A DNA stretch of 64,000 nt from Candidatus Thorarchaeota archaeon (GCA_004524445.1 SDNP01000008.1:29080-93079), one strand, 5' to 3'; shown: positions 1-10,198, numbered from the stretch's first letter. Translations and numbers: made by a program. Notes: generated by a model from the sequence alone, not told the origin.

Positions 1-600
1 GATGCAAAGAGCATTTCTCTCTTGGCGATTTTTTGCTCAATGGTTGTTTCATTGGAGGCGTTTCCGATCCTCGGGATTACCGATATCAAGGTACCCGGCT
101 TGAATTTCACGCTTGATTGGACTGGTATACCCATCGTTATCGTATTCATGAGTTTTGGTTTTGTATATTCCTTGATAGCAATCGCGATAATGTGGATATC
201 AATTGCATTCCGGAATTTTCCAGGTGCTGCATTCAAAGGATTTGCAGAAATCTTCAGAATACTAGGTATTGCAGTTGGGTGGGTTCTTCTCAGAAATAGA
301 GATGTTTCCCATGGAAAGAAACTGGTGGTTTATGCAGCTATATCCTCTATCTTCTGTGCTGTCGGAATGTATGTGGTGAATATACTCCTGCTCCCCCTTT
401 TCTATGGCATCCCATTAGAAATAGCAGTTGCCACATCAGCCCTATACATGCCATGGAATGTTCTTCAGGCAATTGTGAATGTAATTGGGGGCGGAGCCTT
501 CTATAAGATAATACCTGAGGATTTGCGTATAGCTGCTGGATTCAAAGACTACGAGAACTTGCACTCATCAGAAATTGATCCATCCAATGCTGATTCATAA
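1..600 (+). CDS. ECF transporter S component (5'-partial)
   Basis: Frame is open from base 1 (DAKSISLLAIF...). About 5-6 TM helices, with an 'FTLDWTGIP' motif like the LDxSxxP motif of ECF S components. Confidence 0.7.
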   Translation, partial: DAKSISLLAIFCSMVVSLEAFPILGITDIKVPGLNFTLDWTGIPIVIVFMSFGFVYSLIAIAIMWISIAFRNFPGAAFKGFAEIFRILGIAVGWVLLRNRDVSHGKKLVVYAAISSIFCAVGMYVVNILLLPLFYGIPLEIAVATSALYMPWNVLQAIVNVIGGGAFYKIIPEDLRIAAGFKDYENLHSSEIDPSNADS

Positions 601-656
601 TTCGCCATCCTATTGGTGTGTTTTACGCAATGCAACTGGAAAACGACTAAAATTGA

Positions 657-1244
657 CTAATTATCCATTAATGATATTTGTTCTTGAATAGTCTCGCTTT
701 CCCAGACCCCTTCGTGGTACATCCTGAAGTATCCTGTATCATCTATTATGACGATGGTGGGCGTGAATCGTATACTGAAATATGACGAAAAGACGCCATT
801 AGTATCTAGCCCATGGTACCAAGCTAGTGAGCGGTCTTCTTTGTAGTCCGCCATTTGATCTGCTGTCGCACTAGTATCCACATTCAGTGAAACCACATGT
901 ATATTATCGCCCATGTCCTCCATCAGAGTTTCAAATTCATCATTCTGCAGTTCGCATGCTGAGCAACCAAATGCCATGAGGTCGACCAGCAAAAATTTCC
1001 CTTCAAGCGATTCAAGTTCCAGTACTTCCCCGTCTGACATGATCAAGCCCCAGTTTGGCACTTCAAGCTCTTGGTCAATTAAGTCAACGTCAGTCTGGAT
1101 GTCCGGACTACCACCTGAATTTCCACCGGTATTCTGGTCACTAGGTGAAAACGAGGCTAGCGAAAATCCAATCAATAGCCCAACAATTACGATTGCCGCG
1201 ATTACACTTCCAATCATAATTTTCTCAGCATTCATTATCGCCAC
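657..1244 (-). CDS. Membrane-anchored TlpA/ResA-like thioredoxin-fold protein
   Basis: N-terminal TM helix, CSAC CxxC motif, 'FTPTIVIID' cis-Pro loop. Confidence 0.8.
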   Translation of the reverse strand: MAIMNAEKIMIGSVIAAIVIVGLLIGFSLASFSPSDQNTGGNSGGSPDIQTDVDLIDQELEVPNWGLIMSDGEVLELESLEGKFLLVDLMAFGCSACELQNDEFETLMEDMGDNIHVVSLNVDTSATADQMADYKEDRSLAWYHGLDTNGVFSSYFSIRFTPTIVIIDDTGYFRMYHEGVWESETIQEQISLMDN

Positions 1245-1311
1245 TCACACCTGTGCAAGGTTTTTGCACAATCGGATATAAAGTAATTGATTTGTCACAG
1301 TATTCGTAGCG

Positions 1312-1986
1312 TCATTCGGATGTACCAATATTCCCGAAATAGTGCTGATGATATTTTGAATTTGGCATACTAATCGTTTCGTCAGGCAGGGTGGAAATCT
1401 CTTTTCCCCACGGAGCCGATAGAAAAGTGATAGAGTGAGGCCGCGTGTTTCTATCAATATTAACATAGCCGTTCTTCATCAGTCCCTTTACATGCTTCCG
1501 AGTCTTACCAATTGATACTCCTGACTCCTCAGATACTTCTTTGTATGTTGTGTTTCCTAGAGCCCGGATTACTTCCAATATCCTGAACTGGGGCATAGAA
1601 AAGATGGCATCTCGTAGAAGAAGATTCTCTCTGAGAACTGCATTTTCATCCTGATGCATGTAGGTAGACAGTGTTGACCTCAAGCCGTTTATCTCTTCAA
1701 GGAGAGACGCCCGTTCTGCCTCAAATCGGCCAAATGCACCTGATGATGAATGAACGAGTTCGGTGCTGAGGTCATTAGCCAATCCGTCTAGGGCTTCTTT
1801 CGCTGCCATATGAGATTCATTGATAATCCCTGTCATATCCGAAACATCAAACCATTGTCCCTCAATTAGCTGATCCAGTCGGGAGAAGTAGGTATCGAGT
1901 CTAGAAACCCAAATGTCACGAACTTCTTGAAAAACTCCAGCCATCTTGAGTGTCAACTTTGCCGCTGTTTCATCTGGACTTCCCAT
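1312..1986 (-). CDS. Coiled-coil plus C-terminal winged-helix protein (putative regulator)
   Basis: Helical N-terminus, then 'FRILEVIRALGNTTYKEVSEESGVSIGKTRKHVKGLMKNGYV' wHTH. Start placed at ATG 1986; the ORF is open to 2016. Confidence 0.6.
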   Translation of the reverse strand: MGSPDETAAKLTLKMAGVFQEVRDIWVSRLDTYFSRLDQLIEGQWFDVSDMTGIINESHMAAKEALDGLANDLSTELVHSSSGAFGRFEAERASLLEEINGLRSTLSTYMHQDENAVLRENLLLRDAIFSMPQFRILEVIRALGNTTYKEVSEESGVSIGKTRKHVKGLMKNGYVNIDRNTRPHSITFLSAPWGKEISTLPDETISMPNSKYHQHYFGNIGTSE

Positions 1987-2126
1987 TAAAACCACATGAT
2001 ACCAAACTACACACAAAAGATTAGAGCTAGTGTTGCCCGCGTATGACTAACTATCATGGAAAGAAGGTGAAATTTTTTTATCACATATGCCTATGTTTTT
2101 GAGTGACAGCATATTCTTGCTGATTC

Positions 2127-3299
2127 ATGTCCCCGATTCGAGAAGCTCGCAACGAAGACAGAGAAGAAATCTATAAACTCTTCTGGAAATCGTTCAATGT
2201 CTTGGGCGAAGTAGAAGAGGTACCGTATTGGAATACGCCAGACAAGAAGAACTGGTCGTATGTCGCAGTCGAGGATGAGAAACCTGTAGCAACTGCATCA
2301 TTCTCACATTTTGATAATTCTATTCGAGGTGTTGAACTGCCAATCGCGGGAGTTTGGGGAGTGGCTACTGTGCCGCAATACAGGTATCAGGGGTTAGCAC
2401 GTAAATTGATGAATGCTGCATTTCAGCGAATGAAAAATGAAGAGATTGTATTCTCTATTCTTGACCCATTCTACATTCCATTCTATGAGAAATTTGGATA
2501 TGCTCAAGCTGAGGTATTTAGAAGACATCTGATGACTAGGGAATCACTAAGATTGGCACATGCAAACGAGAACATCACATTCCATCAAATCAAAGAAAAT
2601 GAGGACATCACAGATTTAATGACGGTTCAGCAGTCAATGGGCCGGTACGGCTCAAGAATATTTCATCCAAAGCGGTGGCTTCAGACATATACCAAGAAGA
2701 ACCATCTCTATGCCATTAAGGATATGAATGAAACCGTTGCAATGATACGATTTTCATTTAGTAAGTTACAGAACGGCAAGAGGAAACTGACTGCGGATAC
2801 AATTGGCTACACTCACGAGAAATACATCCTTTCATTGATGAATCTAATTTACAAATACGGAACAAATGCTAATCAAATTGAGATTATCAGTGATCCTTCA
2901 TTCCCAATCAGGAACTTCGTTGTTGATGATGATGATTTAGGCTCCACCATAGAAGGAAGAATGATGATTCGATTGATTGATTTCGAAAAGTATTGTGGCC
3001 GCATTGAAGTGCCCAAAGATGCTACTGAGAGCGTCGTGATCAAGCTCATAGATGGAAATTGTCCGTGGAACACCGGTGTCCACAAGATAACCCCTTCACG
3101 GGGCAAGCTTGAAGTTGAACATGTTGATGAAACTCCGGATATAGTTCTTAGCGATTTTGAATTATCGAAGGTAGTTTCAGGATTAAATTCCGTGAGCCAG
3201 TTGCATTCTTTGCAGGAGATATCTTGTTCTGAAGAAGTAGCTCAAAACCTTGAATCTATATTCCCTCTCGAACCACTGTTTTCCTATCCTCGTTTCTAG
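2127..3299 (+). CDS. Eis-family GNAT acetyltransferase with C-terminal SCP2-like domain
   Basis: 'GVATVPQYRYQGLA' acetyl-CoA motif, 'FYEKFGY', 'D.CPWN.G' typical of Eis proteins. Confidence 0.85.
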   Translation: MSPIREARNEDREEIYKLFWKSFNVLGEVEEVPYWNTPDKKNWSYVAVEDEKPVATASFSHFDNSIRGVELPIAGVWGVATVPQYRYQGLARKLMNAAFQRMKNEEIVFSILDPFYIPFYEKFGYAQAEVFRRHLMTRESLRLAHANENITFHQIKENEDITDLMTVQQSMGRYGSRIFHPKRWLQTYTKKNHLYAIKDMNETVAMIRFSFSKLQNGKRKLTADTIGYTHEKYILSLMNLIYKYGTNANQIEIISDPSFPIRNFVVDDDDLGSTIEGRMMIRLIDFEKYCGRIEVPKDATESVVIKLIDGNCPWNTGVHKITPSRGKLEVEHVDETPDIVLSDFELSKVVSGLNSVSQLHSLQEISCSEEVAQNLESIFPLEPLFSYPRF

Positions 3300-3841
3300 T
3301 ATGGAGCAATTCGGGTTTTCTCAATATGATTCCATGGGACAGGTTGCTCAATGGTCTCCTTGAATCTCAAAACAATCTCTCGAATTCCATAAGGGTTTTC
3401 GACAGCATCTAATGAGAGAGCTGGTTCACTCTCGCCTTCTGCATAGATTTCGATTTTTCCCTGGTCTGCTATTTCATCTTGGGCATCAGTTTGTACTTCG
3501 ACTGAATCAATATCGTCATAAAATACTCTGCGAGTTGTCTTGCTTAGATAGCCAGTCCTCATTCTCACGTTCCAGTCTGTCAAAATATATAATGTACTTC
3601 TCCTCTTTAGTTCCGTCCAGATCATCACTACAGAACCGAACAGAATTGCACCCAGTCCAAAAGTCCAAGCGATGAAGCTATATGCAATAAATCCTGCAGA
3701 ACTACCAATCATAAAGACTAACCCAACAGTGATGAAAATAGCCCCAGATATGTAGTTGAATAGCGAGGAAATCCTTTTCGGGCGAAAAGTAATGATTAGC
3801 TTTTCTCTTTGAATAGATTCAGGCTTTTCTACACCGCTCAT
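3296..3841 (-). CDS. Membrane protein with bacterial PH (bPH_2) domain
   Basis: Two TM helices followed by 'YILTDWNVRMRTGYLSKTTRRVFYDDIDSVEV'. Confidence 0.7.
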   Translation of the reverse strand: MSGVEKPESIQREKLIITFRPKRISSLFNYISGAIFITVGLVFMIGSSAGFIAYSFIAWTFGLGAILFGSVVMIWTELKRRSTLYILTDWNVRMRTGYLSKTTRRVFYDDIDSVEVQTDAQDEIADQGKIEIYAEGESEPALSLDAVENPYGIREIVLRFKETIEQPVPWNHIEKTRIAPY

Positions 3842-3924
3842 ATGTCACACATCATTGATTCAAATTATATTCCGTTCAGGACTTAATTGTCTATTTCATA
3901 AGCAAAACCATTGTGGCACATCAT

Positions 3925-4329
3925 CTATTCTGATGGATAAATCTTCCAGAGAGTATCACATGCGTTCACAACATGCCCGATTAGTATCTTGATTTCTTCA
4001 GCAGTTATGTCGGTATCGTTCGTTTCTGCTAGAACAATAATATCGTCTTCTTCATCAATAGCGAACTTTACGCCATTGGCTTTCCAAGACTCTCTCAGCA
4101 TATCAACTGCTAATTTTCCTCTATCATCCTCATCTACCTGATAGAAGTTTGTGAAGGGTGCAACTATATAGACCCATGATTCATCGGCATTCGCAACCAC
4201 CTTTATTTTCAAGTCTTGAAAGTGGTCGGTTCGCCACCGCATAGTTAGGACGTTTTCATCATGTGTGTACTTTATGTCGATTTCATCAAGAAGACCGGAA
4301 ATATGGTCAAGTACGCCCATTATCACCAC
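3925..4329 (-). CDS. YbjN-domain (type III chaperone-like fold) protein
   Basis: About 130 aa, acidic, 'VKFAIDEEDDI' pattern typical of YbjN. Confidence 0.6.
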   Translation of the reverse strand: MVIMGVLDHISGLLDEIDIKYTHDENVLTMRWRTDHFQDLKIKVVANADESWVYIVAPFTNFYQVDEDDRGKLAVDMLRESWKANGVKFAIDEEDDIIVLAETNDTDITAEEIKILIGHVVNACDTLWKIYPSE

Positions 4330-4482
4330 TGTATCTAGCCCATTCTACCCGACATATTAAGATGTCTGTTACTCGGGAGGAATGTGAACCCGCTCAGCCT
4401 CGTGCCGTTTGCAAACAGTCATTCCATTTAGAATTCAAGTATCATAAGCTTCATTACGTGTTCATCATTCGATGCATCAACC

Positions 4483-5292
4483 ATGAAGCTGGCAGTAGTT
4501 GGAAAAGGTGGCGTTGGAAAGACAACTGTGGCTGGAACACTTGCTAGATTGATAGGTCGCGATGGGAATAGTGTTCTCGCTGTTGATGCAGATCCTAACT
4601 ATAATCTCTGGTCCGCTATTGGCATACAACAGAGCCGTGCTTCGAAAATTGTACCACTACTAAATGACGAAAATTTGGTACACGATAGAACTCGTAGTAA
4701 GATTGTAAGAGTCCTAGGCGACTACTTTGCTTTGAATCCACGGGTAGATGACATTGCTGACAAATTCGCAGTTGACGGACCAGACAATGTCAGACTACTT
4801 GTTGCTGGAACTGTTACCATGGGTGATTCGGGATGCATGTGTCCCTCTGCAGCACTCCTTAAATCCCTAATTCAGCACCTTGCTCTCCAAGAAAATGAAA
4901 CTCTCATTATGGACATGGATGCAGGAATTGAGAATATGGGTAGAGGAACCACAAAAGGAATGGATGCGCTGTTGATTGTGGTAGAACCAGGGAAACGATC
5001 CCTAGAAACCCTTGGTAGGATAAAGAAGCTAGCCGCAGACATTGGGACCGATAGAGTATTTGCCGTTGCCAATAGAGTAGACGGAGAGTCTGATAGAAAA
5101 ATCATTGAAGAATACGCATCCGAACATGGAGTCAAGATTCTTGCATATATCCCGGTTGATCGAAAACTCAAGCTTGCCGATCTAAAGGGAATAGCCCCGC
5201 TGGATATGATGGAAACCGGCCCTGCAATTGAGGAACTAAAAGGCCTCAAGAAGAAACTAGACTCCGTACTCAATGATGACAATTTAAACTAG
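4483..5292 (+). CDS. cooC: CooC-type nickel-insertion ATPase
   Basis: Deviant Walker A 'GKGGVGKT', 'DADP', metal-binding 'GCMC', 'DMDAGIE.MGRG'. Confidence 0.85.
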   Translation: MKLAVVGKGGVGKTTVAGTLARLIGRDGNSVLAVDADPNYNLWSAIGIQQSRASKIVPLLNDENLVHDRTRSKIVRVLGDYFALNPRVDDIADKFAVDGPDNVRLLVAGTVTMGDSGCMCPSAALLKSLIQHLALQENETLIMDMDAGIENMGRGTTKGMDALLIVVEPGKRSLETLGRIKKLAADIGTDRVFAVANRVDGESDRKIIEEYASEHGVKILAYIPVDRKLKLADLKGIAPLDMMETGPAIEELKGLKKKLDSVLNDDNLN

Positions 5293-5414
5293 CATCCCTC
5301 AGCCAGCGATTCCGGTCCCAAAACAAGACGACAAGTATCAATCCTCGCGGGATGGCTTCAGTATTGATGGCGGATCCCAATGAATGCCTTATTCATCATG
5401 ATTGAGGTTAATTA

Positions 5415-5654
5415 CTACTTCTTGCGTTTCAGGAACCACACTAGCTTATCATCTTCTTCTCGCAATTCAAGGATTTCATTGCCTGTGCGGTCAGCCCAAG
5501 CTGGAAAATCTTTCTTTGTTCCGATATCTGTCGCAATTACCTTGAGAATTTCTCCAACTTCTATTTCCTTCATTTCTTTCTTTGTCTTTAAAACCGGCAT
5601 AGGGCATCGCAACCCACTGGCGTCAAACTCCCTAGCAACTTGATGTTCAGTCAT
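5415..5654 (-). CDS. tusA: TusA/SirA sulfur carrier
   Basis: 'DASGLRCPMP' CPxP motif, 79 aa. Confidence 0.9.
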   Translation of the reverse strand: MTEHQVAREFDASGLRCPMPVLKTKKEMKEIEVGEILKVIATDIGTKKDFPAWADRTGNEILELREEDDKLVWFLKRKK

Positions 5655-5732
5655 AGGTTATCAACTAGTACCAAAATGAATCTCGTTTCCATTTTTATGA
5701 GTTTTCATTTACCTATTCGTGCATGATTATGA

Positions 5733-5746
5733 ATTGTTATTACAAT
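5733..5746. promoter_or_regulatory. Possible operator palindrome between divergent tusA and membrane-protein/dsrE genes
   Basis: ATTGT-tatt-ACAAT inverted repeat in an AT-rich divergent intergenic region. Confidence 0.3.
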
Positions 5747-5816
5747 ATGAAACTCCTGGCATTTGTCTTTGCGACACATTTATCAATGCCATTGTCTATA
5801 GTTAACCTAAGTTTCG

Positions 5817-6224
5817 GTGAGTGATATGGCGGTATACCAGCTACTTCTCTTCGTACTCTTTGCACTGAATATCAGCAGTATGTTTTCAGGATTCTTGCTT
5901 GCGAGACGAATGGGTATGTATCTTATGACACAGGTAATGATGTTGATGTTAGCAATGTTTGCTGGACTGGTTGGACTGGCATTTGGTATACTTCTGTACC
6001 CTGCAGTACCAGTATTGTTTGACCTATTACATCTTATAGTATTGATTGACTTTGTGCTAGTTTTCCTGGCAGCTCTGATGGAATTCATCCAGGTCCTGCC
6101 AATTCTGATGAAAACTATGCAAGGGGCTCCAATACACAGTTCACACATCACTAATCTTCTGCTGACAATGTTCTTAGCTCTAGCCATGGTTATCTATTAT
6201 GTAGATATTGCAACGATAATGTGA
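5817..6224 (+). CDS. Four-TM membrane protein, unknown function
   Basis: Four hydrophobic segments. Lies 14 bp upstream of the dsrE-like gene, which has a GGAG RBS. Confidence 0.6.
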   Translation: MSDMAVYQLLLFVLFALNISSMFSGFLLARRMGMYLMTQVMMLMLAMFAGLVGLAFGILLYPAVPVLFDLLHLIVLIDFVLVFLAALMEFIQVLPILMKTMQGAPIHSSHITNLLLTMFLALAMVIYYVDIATIM

Positions 6225-6238
6225 GGAGATGAAAAATA

Positions 6239-6619
6239 ATGGAAACAAGCAATAACAACTCGAGCATATATATAATCGCACAATGGGGTCCTGAGGCTGC
6301 TGAACGCTGTTATGCACCGTTCGTCACGGGAACAACAGCTCAGGCTCAAGAAGTCGAAGCGAAAATCTTCTTGATGATGGATGCAGTTTGGCTCGTAAAA
6401 AAAGGCATTGCTGAGAAAGTCACAGCGCCTGGATTTCCACCGTTGCCCGATCTGATAGATACATTTCTTGAGGAAGGAGGCAAAATTGAGGTTTGCTCAA
6501 ATTCGGCTCAATTCAGGGGACTTACATCGGACCAGTTCCGCGATGACAGAATCACCATCGCTGGCGCAGCTACTATGGTCGATGATACTCTGAATTACGA
6601 TCGTACGATGTACTTCTAG
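6239..6619 (+). CDS. DsrE/DsrF-like sulfur-transfer protein
   Basis: 'IFLMMDAVWL', 'GGKIEVCSNS..FRG', 'IAGAA' DsrE hallmarks. Confidence 0.85.
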   Translation: METSNNNSSIYIIAQWGPEAAERCYAPFVTGTTAQAQEVEAKIFLMMDAVWLVKKGIAEKVTAPGFPPLPDLIDTFLEEGGKIEVCSNSAQFRGLTSDQFRDDRITIAGAATMVDDTLNYDRTMYF

Positions 6620-6620
6620 T

Positions 6621-6639
6621 AAGGAGGGGTTCCCTCCTT
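6621..6639. terminator. Hairpin between convergent genes
   Basis: AAGGAGGG-gtt-CCCTCCTT perfect 8-bp stem directly after the dsrE stop codon. Confidence 0.5.
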
Positions 6640-6655
6640 CTTGGAGTTTTGGGAG

Positions 6656-7603
6656 TCAAAGCTTCGACAAAACCTCCCGGCCCATCAGCTCAATTTGTTC
6701 TTCCTCTTGTTCGTGCGGAAACATGAATATCAATTGATCACACCCAAACTCAATATACTCATGTATAGTCTGAGAAATATGTTCAGGAGTTCCCCAGAAA
6801 GCTGATTTTACGCGTTCGCGATATTCTTTCTCACTAATCCCTCTCGACTTTGCGTTTTGTCTAATGGTTTCTTCCATCTGCTCGTCAGTTTCAAAAACAT
6901 GGGTCCAAAGGCCAACAGAATATTTGAATTCATCAGGATTTCTGTCATATTGTCGCAGTTTCTTGTCTAGTCGTTCAAAGATATCCTTGGTATCACCTGG
7001 AGTAAATGACCAAGCAATGTTGATTCCATCGCCAAATTCAGCTGCCACATCAAGCATTTTAGGACCCGCCTTCATCGTACCAACCCAAATCGTCGGATGC
7101 GGTTGCTGCACTGGCTTAGGATAAGAAACGACCTCTTTAACTTCATAATGGTCTCCATTCATCGAGAATTTTTCTTCGGTCCATATTCCTCTAATGATCT
7201 GAATGGCCTCAGCGAGCTGTGCTATTCTAACTGAATCATCGGGAAAGGGAATCCCATATGCCTGATATTCCAATTGCTTCCAGCCGGCACCGATACCGAA
7301 TTCAAGTCGTCCATCTGAAACATTGTCTAACGATGCACCCATCTTTGCATGTAACGGGGGATACCGGTAGCTATTACAGAATACAAGACTGCCCATTCTG
7401 ACTTCTTTATTGAGCTGGCTCAGTGCGGCCATAATAATCCAAGGATCAAGCAGAACCCGGTCGGCTGTATCCTGATTCAACATGAAATGATCAGAGAACC
7501 AAAGAGTAGCTAGCTTGTTCTCCACTGCTAGGTCAGCAAGTTTCACGATTTCATCGAGTTCGAAGCCAAATTGTGGTTCAATTTGAATGCCAAAGCCAGT
7601 CAT
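6656..7603 (-). CDS. LLM-class (probably F420-dependent) flavin oxidoreductase
   Basis: 'WFSDHF', 'SDGRLEFGIGAGW', 'PKPVQQPHPTIWVG'. Start placed at ATG 7603. Confidence 0.85.
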   Translation of the reverse strand: MTGFGIQIEPQFGFELDEIVKLADLAVENKLATLWFSDHFMLNQDTADRVLLDPWIIMAALSQLNKEVRMGSLVFCNSYRYPPLHAKMGASLDNVSDGRLEFGIGAGWKQLEYQAYGIPFPDDSVRIAQLAEAIQIIRGIWTEEKFSMNGDHYEVKEVVSYPKPVQQPHPTIWVGTMKAGPKMLDVAAEFGDGINIAWSFTPGDTKDIFERLDKKLRQYDRNPDEFKYSVGLWTHVFETDEQMEETIRQNAKSRGISEKEYRERVKSAFWGTPEHISQTIHEYIEFGCDQLIFMFPHEQEEEQIELMGREVLSKL

Positions 7604-7652
7604 TGCAATCAAGGATAATGATGTGGTTGAGCATGGATTAACTTTGTCACTA

Positions 7653-9437
7653 TTAGCAATGACTTGCCACCCGTGAGAATCTGGCACATCCTCTTATCAT
7701 CATCTCTGTTACTGCTTGACGAATTCTTGTTGCGTCTGTAAGACCAGCAATTTCTCGGTCACATATTCTTGTTACAGGCAACATTGGCAGGGCTTTCCTA
7801 TCTAAGTGAACAGATGGGTCATCGATATTTATGATCTCAATTGCAGAAGAGCTAATATCAAACAACTCTAAGACACCGACCAAAATATCCAAGGATGGAC
7901 CGCAAAATAAGCAATGGTCGGACATATAAAAGGCAATGCAGGAGTCCCGGCCACACTCTAAAGTCTCATCTTCCTTCCACAGGTCCAACTCGATAGCAAT
8001 ACGGGTTCCGAGAGAAGGTTTGCCTTCTACTCTATCTTCTACCCAAATTTCTCCCCCAATACTGTGAATAATCGTACGAACAAGGGTCAGACCTAATCCT
8101 CTTCCGCCGTTCCTACCTCCTAAAGACTGCGTTCTATTGAATATGATTCGCTTAAGACTATCAGGTATTCCTGGGCCTTGATCTTCAATCTCAATCCTAA
8201 CTCTGTCTTTGAAAGTCTTCTCGTTTACTTCTACTCTGATATTCGTCGCAGTACTGGGATCATGAACAATCGCATTCTCAAGTACATTAAAAAAAACATC
8301 TTCCAGGTTCTCGTTTGCAAAGACCTCCACGCCGTCAATACTACCCTCAAGAGTTATTTCTATATCCTTGTGAACTATCTGGTCTTCTATATGTGAAACC
8401 ACATTACGTATGCATGATGCTAGATTTACTGCTTCACGTTTGGGAGGGTGATCTCGAAGCTGATTGAGTTTGCGGAGATTGGATATCATTCTCGCTCCCC
8501 TCCTTATCTCCCAGTTCGCTTCTAGAAGCTTCGTCTTTGCGTCTTGGGGCAGTTTCACAGTTTCCAGAACATATCCGATGGAAAACAAAATACTCTGGTT
8601 CACATTATTCAAATCATGGGTCATTACTTCAGTCCACAGCGCTACTTGCTCTTGGGCAATATTCCTGCTTTCCTCTGCCGTTTTTCTGGCCGTAATATCG
8701 ACAGCCAGAATATCAATGACCGGCTTCTGTTCTAAATCAAAATATAGGGCGGTCAAGCTAACCCAAACCGACTCATTATCAGAATTTACAAGCTCGACCT
8801 CAATATCCTGAATTTTCTTACCCTGAAGCAATTCTCGGATGAGTTGAGACGTAATAGAGTTTTCATTGCCACCTGATCGCTTTATCAGAGGATCGAAGTG
8901 CCGTTTTAGAAGATCATCTCTTTTGTAACCCAATAGTTCAACTGCGGAGGCATTTATATCCTGAATGATCCCCCTCTTACTCAATCTAAAGCTCGGGACG
9001 AGGGAGTCGTATATTACGGTTTCATAATCGGACTTGGATTCTTGATAATCTCGCATGCCCCCACGGAGTTTGATTATGAAGCCATTGTTTGCGTTCAATG
9101 AAACAACGGAGCACTCTATATCATAAGGCGTAGACGTGCCCTTATACCTAATCATCCTAGCGGCGAGGACATTATCTTTTGATCTGGCAAGATTGGAGAG
9201 AAAAGATGCGCCACCTTGGTCATGTTTGATTTCCAAATCAATAACATCGAGAATTCTTTTTCCTACCAGTTCATCCCTGGGAACTTCAAGAAATCGCTCA
9301 GCAGCGTTATTACATGTGTCAATGGTATCTCCATTAATTATCAAAAGGGGTTCATTTGAAAGGTTGAGAATTTTTTGTACGAAGGATTCGCTCTCAAGAC
9401 TCCATTTCATTTCATGACAACCCCTAGCTAGGACCAA
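7653..9437 (-). CDS. PAS-PAS sensor histidine kinase with C-terminal CxxC thioredoxin-fold domain
   Basis: Two PAS domains, H-box 'MTHDLNN', N-box 'NVLENAI', 'DQGPGIP', 'GLGLT'. C-terminus 'FYMSDHCLFC...LPMLP'. ATG 9410 is an alternative start. Confidence 0.85.
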   Translation of the reverse strand: MVLARGCHEMKWSLESESFVQKILNLSNEPLLIINGDTIDTCNNAAERFLEVPRDELVGKRILDVIDLEIKHDQGGASFLSNLARSKDNVLAARMIRYKGTSTPYDIECSVVSLNANNGFIIKLRGGMRDYQESKSDYETVIYDSLVPSFRLSKRGIIQDINASAVELLGYKRDDLLKRHFDPLIKRSGGNENSITSQLIRELLQGKKIQDIEVELVNSDNESVWVSLTALYFDLEQKPVIDILAVDITARKTAEESRNIAQEQVALWTEVMTHDLNNVNQSILFSIGYVLETVKLPQDAKTKLLEANWEIRRGARMISNLRKLNQLRDHPPKREAVNLASCIRNVVSHIEDQIVHKDIEITLEGSIDGVEVFANENLEDVFFNVLENAIVHDPSTATNIRVEVNEKTFKDRVRIEIEDQGPGIPDSLKRIIFNRTQSLGGRNGGRGLGLTLVRTIIHSIGGEIWVEDRVEGKPSLGTRIAIELDLWKEDETLECGRDSCIAFYMSDHCLFCGPSLDILVGVLELFDISSSAIEIINIDDPSVHLDRKALPMLPVTRICDREIAGLTDATRIRQAVTEMMIRGCARFSRVASHC

Positions 9438-9559
9438 TCTCTACAGATGTAACCTGAAAAGGTGTTCAACGGGATTCCATCTTTGTTTCTAGTCCTATTC
9501 TTCCGCAGGTAATCTTTTCTGCAAAATCTATGGATATGATTTTTGCGTTAGGTCTATTG

Positions 9560-10198
9560 GTTTTCCTGACGCATGGATATGTTTATCATTACTCAATAAA
9601 TTGCATATGTGCTCAAGTATACAAGTATAAAACCAAAGAGGATGAGCGTTAGGGAACCCATCAATCTAAGCGAATCAGATATCGAGAATCTTACAAAGGC
9701 GTTTCAAATCTTGTCAGGCCCCTCAAGACCTCGTATCATAGAGATTCTAGCTCAAGATGAGAATATCACCGTGAGCGGGATAGCTAAAGGAGTTAACCTC
9801 AGTATTAGTAGTGTTAGTCATCAATTGAGTAAACTAAAGGAAAGAGGATTTGTGGGAGCCAAGAAAATAGGTCGAAAAGCAATCTATAGAATTGAAGATG
9901 AATGTATTCAGGCCATACTGAGGAGAGCCACCCCACATGTTAGATATCAGTGATACTGCGTGTCAGCACTGCGAAGCAGAGAGAGCTCAACAGCAGGAAA
10001 TAGACTTCAGGGTCAAGTATGCCTTGGCACTAATTTCGGACATACCACTTATTGGTGGAACATTGATACAAGTATTCACATCAATAGCATATGTTCCTCC
10101 AGTCCTATTTCTGATTTCAATATTCTCTGCAGGTAGATGGATAATTCCCAATGACATTAAGAGCATCATCAGGGTTCATTTGGGCATAACTTTCCTCA
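9560..10198 (+). repeat. Diverged direct-repeat copy of about 18215-18844 (promoter, arsR and 5' end of the ATPase gene)
   Basis: Long near-identical stretches, e.g. 'gaggatttgtgggagccaagaa' and 'gaaatagacttcag...caagtatgccttggcact'. Confidence 0.9.
9642..9953 (+). CDS. ArsR/SmtB-family regulator (duplicate copy, possibly degenerate)
   Basis: Paralog of 18297-18599. The original ATG reads AGG here, with an alternative in-frame ATG at 9642. The conserved DPxRL motif has become GPSRP. Confidence 0.75.
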   Translation: MSVREPINLSESDIENLTKAFQILSGPSRPRIIEILAQDENITVSGIAKGVNLSISSVSHQLSKLKERGFVGAKKIGRKAIYRIEDECIQAILRRATPHVRYQ

